A DNA stretch of 64,000 nt, from contig PWNV01000020.1 of NCBI GenBank assembly GCA_003557645.1, positions 78,328 to 142,327 of the forward strand, written 5' to 3'. The notes under the pieces were generated by a model. It worked only from the letters and a program-made list of their open reading frames with translations. It made no database searches and was not told the origin of the DNA. The position numbers were made by a program, and so were the translations under genes. The DNA is from Candidatus Nealsonbacteria bacterium. GTDB lineage: Bacteria; Patescibacteriota; Minisyncoccia; Minisyncoccales; PWPS01. Shown piece by piece: positions 34,920 to 45,026 of the stretch (its first letter is position 1; the number at the start of each line of letters is the position of its first letter).

Positions 34920-36104
34920 CTAGGCATTACTTTCATTTTCACAAGAAAAGCACCCTTCTTTGCCTGCAAAATAACTAGCAAAAAAACTAGATACTGGAAC
35001 TCCAAGTATCAGCGAAACGCTTCCAACTATTGCCCTAATAACTTCTTCAGCGACAAACTCACTATTTAGCATTACCCATAGTGGTGTATGATCTATCCCC
35101 ATAATTAATAAAAGAAAAGGAAGAGATGCGCCAACATAAACCAAAATAAGAGTGTTTACCAGAGAAGCAATATGCTCTCTTCCGACTAAAGTCCCTCTTT
35201 GATACAGTTCCTTCATTTCTAACTCCGGATTAGCTCTTTTGATTTGCCAAATTGCAGCTGTTTGTGTAGAAGCAACATCAGTAATAACACCAAAAACTCC
35301 GATAACAAGTCCTGCAAGTAGCAATCCTTGCAAACTAATATGCGAGTATTCTCCGTAGTGGAAAGAAAGACCGACATCGTTTCCTCTCCCAAAAAGACTA
35401 GTTATCTCTACGAAGAAATGCGACAAAAAGATGGCAATCAATAAAGTAATTACTGTGCTTAACCAAATAACATTTGCCTTTTTCCCAATTCCATGAGCAA
35501 GAAAAATTGAAACACCAGATATTATTAAAATACCAGTCAAAGCAACTTTTATTATTTCTTCTCCAGTAATGATTGCTGGAACAATATAATTAATTAAAAC
35601 CAAAAAACTAAAACCAAGTCCGCAAATAGCACCAAGTCCACGCATTCTCCCAAAATATAAAATAGCTATCAAAAAAATAAAAAGAGATAAAATTAATCCG
35701 TTTCTCCTTAGGTGATCGCTAATATAAAAATTACTTTCATCAATTGTTCTTAACACAACAATGTCTCCCTCTTTGAAAACATTCGATTTGTCCAGGTCAA
35801 ATATGGACCCGTGTTCAACTAGAAATACTTTTCCAGTAAAATCACCATCCAATACTTCTACCTTTAATTCTTGTTTTACACTCTGGTAACCCGCATCTTC
35901 GTGTTGGTAACCTATCTCTTCATGCTCCACCCTCAACACTCTTCCCTTATAAAAAGATACTTCGCTCTGATGAAAAACACTCTCTTCCTCATATAAAACA
36001 ATTTCTTCATCTACCCTTATTCCAGAAGAAAAAAATGCACAAAGAAAGAAGGCAATAAGAGATATTGATATAACAAAAAACGAAATAAGATTCTCTTTCT
36101 TCAT
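34920..36104 (-). CDS. YibE/F family membrane protein
   Basis: N-terminal TM plus a soluble domain, then a polytopic region with GVITDVASTQTAAIWQI and VGREHIASLVNTLILVYVGASLPFLLL. Confidence 0.7.
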   Translation of the reverse strand: MKKENLISFFVISISLIAFFLCAFFSSGIRVDEEIVLYEEESVFHQSEVSFYKGRVLRVEHEEIGYQHEDAGYQSVKQELKVEVLDGDFTGKVFLVEHGSIFDLDKSNVFKEGDIVVLRTIDESNFYISDHLRRNGLILSLFIFLIAILYFGRMRGLGAICGLGFSFLVLINYIVPAIITGEEIIKVALTGILIISGVSIFLAHGIGKKANVIWLSTVITLLIAIFLSHFFVEITSLFGRGNDVGLSFHYGEYSHISLQGLLLAGLVIGVFGVITDVASTQTAAIWQIKRANPELEMKELYQRGTLVGREHIASLVNTLILVYVGASLPFLLLIMGIDHTPLWVMLNSEFVAEEVIRAIVGSVSLILGVPVSSFFASYFAGKEGCFSCENESNA

Positions 36105-36142
36105 GATTTTTGGATTGTTTTAATATAAAAACAAGAAAGCAA

Positions 36143-36916
36143 TCAGTATTTATTTTTTGGTGGGAGTGGCACAAAAACACTTGTCCTCTTTTTATAGTCA
36201 TCAAAATCCGGGTGCTCTGCCATCTTTTTTTCAAGCATAGGAATTCCTGATACTTTTAATACTAAAAAAGTAATGACTATCGGACTAACAAGAAGCCAAA
36301 TAGATTCTGTAACAGAAAAAGAAATTATCCAGACCCCCCACCACAAAAGAGCCTCCCCAAAATAATTCGGATGCCTGGTGTATCTCCAAAGGCCTTGCGT
36401 CATCAATTTTCCTTTGTTTTTTGGATTTTCCAAAAACTTGGCAAGCTGAGCATCTCCTACAGATTCAAAGAAAAAACCAATACACCAAACAAAAACTCCG
36501 ATAAAGTCTAAAATTTCAAAACTGCCCCCTGCTTCTTTGTTAATAAAAAGTACCGGCAAAACAATAATATATAGAAGAGCTCCCTGTAATATATAAACTT
36601 GGAAGTAAGATCTCAGATAAAACCATCTCCCCCACTTTTCTCTCCACTTTAGATAACGATAGTCTTCTTCCTTTCCCTTGTTTCTTGTGTAAACATGTCC
36701 AGCAAGCCTAATTCCCCAAACACTAACTAAAGCACAAATAATGATATGTCTCAGCTCTGTTTCAGGAGAGAGGAAAAAAGAAACCCAAGCAAGCATAACA
36801 AAACCAATTCCCCATGCAACATCAGCAACATCATTTCTTTTTTTGATCAAAGAAACCAAAAAAAAGGCCGTCATATAAAGAAAAAGAGTTCCCGCAAGAA
36901 GTAAAAAATAATTCAT
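36143..36916 (-). CDS. DUF1295 / steroid 5-alpha-reductase-like membrane protein
   Basis: RYTRHPNYFGEALLWWG motif. Confidence 0.8.
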   Translation of the reverse strand: MNYFLLLAGTLFLYMTAFFLVSLIKKRNDVADVAWGIGFVMLAWVSFFLSPETELRHIIICALVSVWGIRLAGHVYTRNKGKEEDYRYLKWREKWGRWFYLRSYFQVYILQGALLYIIVLPVLFINKEAGGSFEILDFIGVFVWCIGFFFESVGDAQLAKFLENPKNKGKLMTQGLWRYTRHPNYFGEALLWWGVWIISFSVTESIWLLVSPIVITFLVLKVSGIPMLEKKMAEHPDFDDYKKRTSVFVPLPPKNKY

Positions 36917-37311
36917 GACAAAAACTTAGTAACAACAAAATAAGTTAAAACACAGACAGTTCCTCCCAGAAAAGCCCCCCACATAATGTCAACAACGGCA
37001 ACAATAATCGGCCAACTTTTTAGTGTAGCAAGATTGGTAAGATCGTAGGTGGCATAAGCAATAAAGCCAAAGAAAGCACCATACAAAAGTGCATGTATCC
37101 ATGAGTTTTTCTCAAGAGAAGGAGTGATGACAAATACAACAAGAGCAACAACAAAAAGAAGATAAAAAATGATTGCAGGAGGCCAGTTAACGTTATCCCT
37201 TAAAAGATGACCAAGGTATTTATCATAGAAATTTTTGGCAACCAGTCCAAGCCACAACATATCTACTGCTAGAAATATAAGAAACGCAACTAAAAAAGAT
37301 TTAAAAAACAT
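36913..37311 (-). CDS. DUF2177 family membrane protein
   Basis: 132 aa. AYATYDLTNLATLKSWP and VDIMWGAFLGG segments. 4-nt overlap with the DUF1295 gene. Confidence 0.65.
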   Translation of the reverse strand: MFFKSFLVAFLIFLAVDMLWLGLVAKNFYDKYLGHLLRDNVNWPPAIIFYLLFVVALVVFVITPSLEKNSWIHALLYGAFFGFIAYATYDLTNLATLKSWPIIVAVVDIMWGAFLGGTVCVLTYFVVTKFLS

Positions 37312-37425
37312 AAGCTTTATTTTAAAGAATAATATTCCTATTGCAATGCAAAGCAGGATTCCTAAAAAAATGTCGAGAATTGTCGATAAAGAAAATTAGA
37401 AAAAATTTTCTCTTTATAGACATTT

Positions 37426-37959
37426 TTATGCTTCTGGAGCTCTTTCTTCGCTCATCAGAGGAACCCAAAACCACTCATCATTTAATTCAGCTACAGAAAT
37501 TAAAAAATTAAAATCTTCTGATTCGCCAATTATATTCAAAAATTTTTCAGGAGAAACAGGAAGATACAAGGACTCTCCATTGCCTCCGCTAAAATAATTA
37601 TCTAGTAATTTATTTTCTTCGTCATAAACTCCTGCATTGCTTATGTCCTCTGTAATGTCATTTACAATAAATGAGGGTTTTGTTTTTTTAAAAATGCTTG
37701 AGGAATAAGTAATTAAATCTTCTACCTTTTCTCCTTCTTTCTCAGGGCCTAATGAAGAAAAATAATCTCGAGATTCAGGGTGTATCAACATTTTAAGGCT
37801 TTCACTGTCCTGTTGATATAAATAATCAACAAACACTTCAGTAAAGTTATATATTTCTTTGTTATCTGTTTTTCGAAAATTATCTCCAATAAGGAAGATT
37901 CCAATAGCGAAAGAAAATATTATTCCAATTGTTATAATTTTAAATATTTTTTTATTCAT
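37426..37959 (-). CDS. hypothetical membrane-anchored protein
   Basis: 177 aa, N-terminal TM helix. Confidence 0.35.
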   Translation of the reverse strand: MNKKIFKIITIGIIFSFAIGIFLIGDNFRKTDNKEIYNFTEVFVDYLYQQDSESLKMLIHPESRDYFSSLGPEKEGEKVEDLITYSSSIFKKTKPSFIVNDITEDISNAGVYDEENKLLDNYFSGGNGESLYLPVSPEKFLNIIGESEDFNFLISVAELNDEWFWVPLMSEERAPEA

Positions 37960-38123
37960 AAATTATTTGCTTAATTTATATTGTCTTCAGTATATCACAA
38001 AACAAAAATTCGAAGAATGCTTTGAAAATACTAATATTAAAAGTTTAACTAAAGAAAGGCTATATCAAAGCATCTTTATTGAAATAAAAACCCATCATTT
38101 CTCTCTTTGATAGTTTTGCAAGT

Positions 38124-39242
38124 TTATGCTCTATACCCTGTTTTTAATTCTTTTTCTATTTTAAATCTTTTCAAGGAAAGATTAATAAGCTCTGTAATTA
38201 AGTCTTTATAAGAAACGCCTGAAGCCTCCCAAAGCTTTGGATACATGCTTATTTTTGTAAACCCCGGCATTGTATTAATCTCATTAACAAAAAGCTCTCC
38301 ATTTTCTTTTAAGAAAAAGTCAACTCTTCCTAATCCCTCGCAATACAAGGCCTTAAATGTTTTTACTGCTAAGTTCTGAATTTTTTCTGCTATCTCACTA
38401 TTAACGTCTGCCGGAACTTTAAGACTAGCCCCTTCTTCATCTATATATTTTGACTCATAGGAATAAAAGTCATGACTTGGAATAACTTCCCCTAAAACAG
38501 ATGCTCGAGGATTGCTGTTTCCTAAAACCGAACACTCGATTTCCCTTCCTTCTACAAACTCTTCAACTATTATTTTTAAATCGTAATCAAACGCCAGAGA
38601 AATTGCTTTGTGATAATCTTTTTCTTTGTAGACTTTACTTACTCCGACAGAGGACCCCATGTTTGCTGGCTTCACAAAAAAAGGACTCTTAAGTCTTTTT
38701 ACCACCTCTTCATAACCTAAAATTTCTTCATCCTTATAGAAACATAAATAATCGGCTACAGGAATAGAGTTGTCTTTTAAAATCTTTTTCATGGCTTCTT
38801 TATCCATGCCAACTGCAGATCCTAAAACGCTTGAACCAACAAAAGGAATATCTGCTAATTTCAAAACTCCTTGAACCGTTCCGTCCTCACCAAAAGGACC
38901 GTGAAGTATAGGGAAAACAACATCAATTTTTATTTTTGTTTCTTTTCCTGTTAAAAAAATAACTTTCCCTTCACACTGTGGAGTTAGTGCTACATAGTCT
39001 TTTTTAATGTCTTTCATTAATCTTCCATCCAGCAAGACAGATTCAAGGTCTTCGCTTACGAACCACTTTCCCTCTTTATCAATTCCAATTAAAAATGGAT
39101 TATAAAGGTCTTTATCAATTTCCTGGAAAATGCTCTTTGCCGATTGCAAAGATACTTCATGTTCAGCAGATTTACCTCCAAACAAAATCGCAATATTTTT
39201 TTTATTATTCATGTTAGCTTGATTATACATCATCAGCTTCAT
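38124..39242 (-). CDS. ddl: D-alanine--D-alanine ligase
   Basis: ILFGGKSAEHEVSLQSA N-terminus and ATP-grasp body. The real start is probably the MNNKKNIAILFGG Met. Confidence 0.9.
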   Translation of the reverse strand: MKLMMYNQANMNNKKNIAILFGGKSAEHEVSLQSAKSIFQEIDKDLYNPFLIGIDKEGKWFVSEDLESVLLDGRLMKDIKKDYVALTPQCEGKVIFLTGKETKIKIDVVFPILHGPFGEDGTVQGVLKLADIPFVGSSVLGSAVGMDKEAMKKILKDNSIPVADYLCFYKDEEILGYEEVVKRLKSPFFVKPANMGSSVGVSKVYKEKDYHKAISLAFDYDLKIIVEEFVEGREIECSVLGNSNPRASVLGEVIPSHDFYSYESKYIDEEGASLKVPADVNSEIAEKIQNLAVKTFKALYCEGLGRVDFFLKENGELFVNEINTMPGFTKISMYPKLWEASGVSYKDLITELINLSLKRFKIEKELKTGYRA

Positions 39243-39302
39243 TTGTTAAAATCATAGTTATCACCTCCCCCGATACACTGTACTACATATACTCATCTAT
39301 TA

Positions 39303-39328
39303 TAAAAAATCCCCCTATAAAGGGGGGT
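39303..39328 (-). terminator. rho-independent terminator after the GGDEF gene
   Basis: Stem ccccc/ggggg with a 6-nt loop, followed by U6 on the minus strand. Confidence 0.55.
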
Positions 39329-39494
39329 GGAGTTAATTTAAAACATCAATGTTGTTTACTTTAACTCTTTTAAAAAGATCATTGTAGGGTTTGAGAGGAT
39401 CTCTGCTCTTCGTGAAACATTTTTTTATTTAAAGCAAATACTTTTCACTTACTAAGCTAGTATATAATCTTCATTCCCTAATTTCTCCTTTGCA

Positions 39495-40022
39495 TCAATT
39501 ATTTCTAATCAAATCCCTCTTGCTTTTTTTCTCAATGTACATTCTCTTTTCAGCAAGCTTCATAACGTCACGAAGATTTTCTTTCTTCCCAGAATACTGA
39601 GAATAACCCACAGAAATGTTGTTTTTTTTCCTTAATCTTGAAACAATTTTTTCTGCATCACTCTCACTTGTCTCAGGAAAAATAATAACGAATTCATCTC
39701 CTCCAGTGCGAGCAGCAAAATCCATAATACGGCAACTTTGCTTTATCGTTTCCGCTAGAAAAATTATTGCATCATCACCAGCATCGTGTCCCTCGTCATC
39801 ATTTATCTCTTTCAAATTATCCATATCAATATAAACAACAAGAAAAGGATAGCTATACCTATCTGAACGTTCCTTTTCAACTTCTACCCTCTTTTCAAAA
39901 CCTCTTCGATTTAAGAGACCTGTGAGGTAGTCTGTCGTTGCCTCTTTCTCTAATTTTTCTATCCTATCTGGTCCCATCCGAAGAACAAGCACTACAGCTT
40001 TAAATATTTTTCTTATTATCAT
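39495..40022 (-). CDS. stand-alone GGDEF diguanylate cyclase
   Basis: DYLTGLLNRRGF, active site GGDEF, and an RxxD I-site (RIMD) exactly 5 residues upstream of GGDEF. Confidence 0.85.
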   Translation of the reverse strand: MIIRKIFKAVVLVLRMGPDRIEKLEKEATTDYLTGLLNRRGFEKRVEVEKERSDRYSYPFLVVYIDMDNLKEINDDEGHDAGDDAIIFLAETIKQSCRIMDFAARTGGDEFVIIFPETSESDAEKIVSRLRKKNNISVGYSQYSGKKENLRDVMKLAEKRMYIEKKSKRDLIRNN

Positions 40023-40173
40023 TTTGCTAACCCCCTCTCCTTAATATTTAATTTTAAGAGTTCTGATAAAATCCCTCGCTTATAATATTATACAATATTT
40101 TACACAAAAAAACAACTCATTATACTGATCCATATAATAAAAGGCGCTCCTTCAGAGCGCCCAATTGTAACGT

Positions 40174-41217
40174 TTAAGCCAAGAAATCCTCCTTTTTAAA
40201 AGGAAAAGAAGCAAAATCATCTACTTTTAATCCTTTAATATTTTTTAAAATTTCTTTAATACCTAGATCTTCTATAGCGCTATCTTCGGAGGCCAAAGCG
40301 ATAGCATTAACATCTTCTTCATTGATTAAAGCAAAAACAATAACCGGGTCACACTGTGAAAAAATTTCACTCTCCCCGATTCGTTTATATGCTTTTTCCA
40401 AGATCGAAAAATCAATATCCTTATCCGCCTCTGCATAAACGTTTTCAAACATAAAATTACTTGCACTACTAAATATTTCGGCCATCTCGCTTTTTTCAAA
40501 AGAAACTTTTCCTTTTTCCGCACTTTCTTTTATTACCGCTCGCAAAACATTAGCTATCCTTTTCCTTTGACTGCTTCCCATTTTTTCAAAGCAATCATTC
40601 TTTTTAGAAATATAGCCCATACGCATCGCATCATTGTAATCAGCAACAGTATAAGCAAGCTTATCTGCGATTTTTACAACGAGATACTCTTGAGGAAGCT
40701 TATAATCAAAGTTTTTCCAATCACCAGAATGATGATATATCCCCTCAAGGGTTTCATAGCTTAGATTTAATCCTCCACCAGATCTTTCAATAAATTCAGC
40801 GACAATAGTGCTAAAGGCATTGTGTCTAAATTTACCTGCTAATTTTTTAGAAAGAAATCGTTCCCCCAAATGACCAAAGGGAACATGTCCAATGTCATGC
40901 CCAGCTGCTATTGCCCTTGCAAGAGAAACATTTAATCCCAAAAATTTAGCCAAAAAAGATGCTATTGCAACAACTTCTATTGTGTGAGTCATTCTTGTCC
41001 TTGTATAAGGCGTGCCAGAACAGTAAAAAACTTGCACTTTTTTCTCCATTCTTCTTGTTGCTTTGCTGGGAATTATTTTTTGACTTTCATCAACTGCAAA
41101 TGAGCTAGCTAGCCCAAAATAAAAAAAATCGCTATCATCTTCTAAAAAGCTTCTTCTTCCAGCAGTATTCTCCGTAATGAACCTTTGCGCTTTTAAACAT
41201 CCTTGGTATTTTTCCAA
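40174..41217 (-). CDS. HD-domain dNTP triphosphohydrolase-like protein (dGTPase family)
   Basis: RMTHTIEV...GHDIGHVPFGHLGE motif. Confidence 0.8.
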   Translation of the reverse strand: MEKYQGCLKAQRFITENTAGRRSFLEDDSDFFYFGLASSFAVDESQKIIPSKATRRMEKKVQVFYCSGTPYTRTRMTHTIEVVAIASFLAKFLGLNVSLARAIAAGHDIGHVPFGHLGERFLSKKLAGKFRHNAFSTIVAEFIERSGGGLNLSYETLEGIYHHSGDWKNFDYKLPQEYLVVKIADKLAYTVADYNDAMRMGYISKKNDCFEKMGSSQRKRIANVLRAVIKESAEKGKVSFEKSEMAEIFSSASNFMFENVYAEADKDIDFSILEKAYKRIGESEIFSQCDPVIVFALINEEDVNAIALASEDSAIEDLGIKEILKNIKGLKVDDFASFPFKKEDFLA

Positions 41218-41339
41218 AACTCTTCCCTCCTTTAATTTTTAAATGTGCAGTGCCATCGCTTATATTATGAAACAAAAATCTTTTAAAGTAAATAACTTTT
41301 AAAAAAGGTAAAGAGGTATCTTTTGATGACACCTCCTTT

Positions 41340-41579
41340 TTATTGCCCCTCTCTGGATAAATGAACATATTCTGCCGGAGAAATATCGTCAGGAATCCTG
41401 ATATCAATAAAACTTATATCAAATTCATCTTTTTCTGTTCTTGCATAGTTTATATCATTTGTTTCATTAAGATGATAGCCAGATTTTTCCCGCTCTTTAA
41501 TATCTACTTCTTTTTCTTGATAACTGTTAGGCACTGTAATAAGTAAAAAAAAGACTAAAAAAAAGAACAATTTCTCCAT
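41340..41579 (-). CDS. small secreted protein
   Basis: 79 aa with a signal peptide. Confidence 0.35.
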   Translation of the reverse strand: MEKLFFFLVFFLLITVPNSYQEKEVDIKEREKSGYHLNETNDINYARTEKDEFDISFIDIRIPDDISPAEYVHLSREGQ

Positions 41580-41823
41580 TTTTCACCCTCCCTTTTTTGT
41601 ATTTTATCTTATAATACCACAGAACAAAATTATAAAAAACATCTTTTCGAATTTCTAGGTCTTAAAAATTTGAAGAAAAAAAGAAAAGAAAATTGGTTTT
41701 TTTATAAAAATACACGGACTTGCCCTAGTCTAAAATATTGATAGTCAAAGTAATTATTTTTCTTCATAAAAATAAGAGCACTTTTAAATAAAGTGCTCTC
41801 ATTACTAAAAAGAAGATTACCTT

Positions 41824-42156
41824 TTATTTTGAGAATCTTCCCTTTCTTGTCTGCATTTTCTCTAGCATCTCACTTTCTGTAATACATCCTCTTTCAACAG
41901 CTACCATTAATCTTTCCTCTCTTTGTTCTAGTCTACTTTGTCTGTGTTGTTCTCTAGTTTCATTTCTATAGACATGAAAGTCTTCTTTTGACATATCCAA
42001 TTCTTGAGCAGAGAAACTGTCTTCTCCTCTAAACCTTGTCATCGATTCCCAGGGCTTTGCATCTTCAGAGGCAAAAACTGACCCTGTTGAAAGAAAAGCA
42101 ACTCCTGCTAAAAGAATCATTCCAACAATTAATCTTTTTGTCATTAGAGTAATCAT
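41824..42156 (-). CDS. small secreted protein
   Basis: 110 aa. Signal peptide followed by a charged helical region. Confidence 0.35.
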   Translation of the reverse strand: MITLMTKRLIVGMILLAGVAFLSTGSVFASEDAKPWESMTRFRGEDSFSAQELDMSKEDFHVYRNETREQHRQSRLEQREERLMVAVERGCITESEMLEKMQTRKGRFSK

Positions 42157-42212
42157 TATTTTTTAATAAATTATTATCGACCTTTCTGTATATTAATACA
42201 AAAAAGTCATAT

Positions 42213-42974
42213 TTATCTTTCATTTAATCTTTTGCTATTGTATCTAAAACGCCTTTCAACAGTTTTGAAACTAACTACATCTATCTTTCCTTCATCCATC
42301 TCACCAATGACAAGAACTTTTTCCCCTTCTTCTGTCTGCAAATATAAACGTCTTCCTCTTGTTTCTTCGGTTATTTTCAAATCAACTTTTTCTCCGTCAT
42401 CAAGCTCCATTATCCAAAGATCATTCTGCTTTTCTAAGATTATTCCAAAATAAGCATTATCAATGTCAAGATTACCTAAATTTCTATACATTCTTCCAGC
42501 CACTGGCAATCTTTCCTCCTGTGCTAATTTAAAAAAAGAATAGTGCAAAGAGGATTTCTCTATCAAAAAGCTACTAACAATAACTATAACTAATATCGCA
42601 AACAAAGAAAAAATAAGTGGCTTCCGGTAAACAAATTGAAACTTCCTTCCAATTACACTAATCAACAAAGCCAAAATAAAAATCAAAAAAACAAGATACC
42701 AAGGAAACGACAAGAGAATATTTCTTATCGCATAAAATCCAATTCCATGAAAAAGTAAAATATCATTTATTCTTAAAACAAAAATAATCAGACTTCCGAA
42801 GTAAAAAAGAAGTAAAAAAAACAAAGACAATAAACCGATTATTAAAAACGACCTAGCAATAAAATAAGATCTAGATTTCATCTTCACCTCCCCTCTCTCA
42901 ATCTTAGAAACAATTTTTTCAGTTATTGAATTTTCACTGTTTTCTTTTTTCATGTAATAGTTTTTTAATTTCAC
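42213..42974 (-). CDS. membrane protein, putative anti-sigma factor
   Basis: Immediately downstream of the ECF sigma gene and overlapping it. Several TM helices plus a C-terminal soluble domain. The anti-sigma function is inferred from position only. Confidence 0.4.
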   Translation of the reverse strand: MKLKNYYMKKENSENSITEKIVSKIERGEVKMKSRSYFIARSFLIIGLLSLFFLLLFYFGSLIIFVLRINDILLFHGIGFYAIRNILLSFPWYLVFLIFILALLISVIGRKFQFVYRKPLIFSLFAILVIVIVSSFLIEKSSLHYSFFKLAQEERLPVAGRMYRNLGNLDIDNAYFGIILEKQNDLWIMELDDGEKVDLKITEETRGRRLYLQTEEGEKVLVIGEMDEGKIDVVSFKTVERRFRYNSKRLNER

Positions 42975-43497
42975 TGCGCCCTCTTTTTAGTCTTGTGCCA
43001 ACGGTAGAAATCGGAATCTTTAAAATATCAGAAATTTCTTGGTAATCTTTTTCTTCAAAATAGTAAAGCACTATTGGTTCTCGATACTTTTCTTTTAGTT
43101 TATGTAAATATTTTTCTATCTCTTCTTTCATTTCTTTCATTTCAATATCTTTTAAAAAATTTTCTTTTCCAGCAAAAGAAAAAATAACATCTGTCTCAAG
43201 GAAAAGAAAAGGTTCTTTTTTTTCTTTCTTAATAAGATTTATAAATTCATTATGAGCAATCCTGTAAATCCAAGGTGAAAATTTTCTTGAAGGATCAAAG
43301 CTTTTGATATTGACATACGCTTTAGTGAGAACATTTTGCACTACATCTTCAATGTTTTCATAATTGTACAAAAATCTTTTTCCATATCTTAGCAGTTTCT
43401 TCTCGTAACGTTTAGCAAGAATATCAAAAGCTCCTGTTTTATTTTTCAAAACCAACCGAACTAATTCTTCATCAGTTTTATCATCTATTTGCTTCAT
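42934..43497 (-). CDS. ECF-type RNA polymerase sigma factor
   Basis: Region 2 (FSPWIYRIAHNEFIN) and region 4 HTH (YQEISDILKIPISTVGTRLKRGR). Confidence 0.85.
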   Translation of the reverse strand: MKQIDDKTDEELVRLVLKNKTGAFDILAKRYEKKLLRYGKRFLYNYENIEDVVQNVLTKAYVNIKSFDPSRKFSPWIYRIAHNEFINLIKKEKKEPFLFLETDVIFSFAGKENFLKDIEMKEMKEEIEKYLHKLKEKYREPIVLYYFEEKDYQEISDILKIPISTVGTRLKRGRSEIKKLLHEKRKQ

Positions 43498-43599
43498 CTA
43501 GATTATTTTTAGCTATATTATAGTTATACACCATTTAATAATATTTATTTCACTTTTAAAAGAAATAATAAAAAAAAATCCTTTTAGAAAAAAGGAATT

Positions 43600-43785
43600 T
43601 TAAAGATCGAAAAAAATGACAATAAAAGAACCATTGTCGCTCTCTTTATCAAAATATTTAATCATAATATTTTCATCTTCAGGCTCTATCGTTGCTACAA
43701 CCTCTCCTCCTTTAATTACATCAACAAATGTTTTCTTCTTTCTTACCAATCCCACTTTCGGCGTTCTTAATTTAAAAGAAATCAC
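43600..43785 (-). CDS. small hypothetical protein
   Basis: 61 aa. SD gggaggg lies upstream. Confidence 0.3.
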   Translation of the reverse strand: MISFKLRTPKVGLVRKKKTFVDVIKGGEVVATIEPEDENIMIKYFDKESDNGSFIVIFFDL

Positions 43786-44084
43786 GAAAAACCCTCCTTC
43801 TATTTATTATTTTTAAATTAACTATTTGATAATGAGCTTTAAGATAATAATATTTATCATTATTATAATTTCTTTATATCAGATATATAACTATTTTACA
43901 ACTCATAATATAAATTTTTATTAATTGTTTTTTCAAAAAAATACTACAATTCCCATATCTGAAAGAAGCCTATTTTATTCTTTTCTAGAAAGAATATTTA
44001 ACACAATACCCGATGCAAGAATTACACCGGGTTTTCAAATAATTTATATGTAAATTTATTATTTTGTTCTTGTATTTTTTATTT

Positions 44085-44690
44085 TTACATATAACCACAT
44101 ATTGGCTGATCAATTTCTAGTTCTTCTACTTTTCTAGAAATAACCTCTTCAATCGTTTCTGTAACCTTTCTAAATATCTCTAAATGAGGATCTTCTTGAT
44201 AGTAGTAATGACTTAAATATGATATTTTTTTTATTTTCTCTCCTCCAGAATAAATTTCCAACACTCTGCTAGTTGGCGGTATAACGGTAACACAATTTTC
44301 TCCTGCTTCATCACAGTTATCTGTAAATTCATCTTTTATTTTCATTAAATCGTTATCTTTAATAAAAATACATATTTCTTTTTTCTTGCTATCACTAAGA
44401 ATAAACTCATATTCAACTGGTTCTTCTCCGCACATGTCTGGAGAATAAAAGTTTTCTTTTGTATTCAAGGTAGATTCACCAACTCCAAAGCTATAAATAA
44501 AATCAATTTTATTATCACATTCTATAGTATTGCCATTTGAAACATCATAATTATTGTTTTTTTCATAAACATCTTCATCAAAAATTTTTTCTGTTGTTTC
44601 TTGTTGCTTTAAAAAAACAAATAATCCCATTGCCACTGCAAAAATAAAAATTATTAAAATCCCTACTGTTGTTGATATTTGTTTTTTCAT
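44085..44690 (-). CDS. hypothetical membrane-anchored protein
   Basis: 201 aa, N-terminal TM helix. Confidence 0.4.
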   Translation of the reverse strand: MKKQISTTVGILIIFIFAVAMGLFVFLKQQETTEKIFDEDVYEKNNNYDVSNGNTIECDNKIDFIYSFGVGESTLNTKENFYSPDMCGEEPVEYEFILSDSKKKEICIFIKDNDLMKIKDEFTDNCDEAGENCVTVIPPTSRVLEIYSGGEKIKKISYLSHYYYQEDPHLEIFRKVTETIEEVISRKVEELEIDQPICGYM

Positions 44691-44726
44691 ATACTTTATG
44701 TCTATTATTGCTGAATTATATCACAA

Positions 44727-44806
44727 AACAAAAACCCGAGGAATATCTCGAGATTGTTATTAGAAAAAAAATAGAAAGGGCTGCCCGGATGGGACAATTT
44801 CCGAAC
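44727..44806. repeat. direct repeat copy A (degenerate tRNA-Gln 3' end plus downstream flank)
   Basis: Aligns with 45928..46002 at about 85% identity. The block ttgttattagaaaaaaaatagaaag is identical at an offset of exactly 1200 nt. The tRNA-derived part carries a 5-nt insertion. Confidence 0.75.
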
Positions 44807-45026
44807 TTTTAAGTGGTTAAATAAGGTTGAAAATATAGATGATGTGTTAGAAGAATCAAAGGTTTTACTAGAAATATAGTTACCCCACACCCCCGCACAC
44901 TATTGTTCTATTAAAAAGCCAAATTCTCCGACTAAAAGGGACCTGCCCCCTGTTTCCTCTGTCTCACACGTAAAATTTTTTTGCCAAAGTTAGGCGATGG
45001 AAACGGAAAAATTTAAAGATTTAAGA

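Noticed and set aside
43786-44084. A 300-nt extremely AT-rich spacer, considered as a possible replication origin or regulatory region.
   Set aside because: No DnaA-box-like (TTATCCACA) clusters or repeated motifs were recognisable. It is probably just a promoter-containing spacer.
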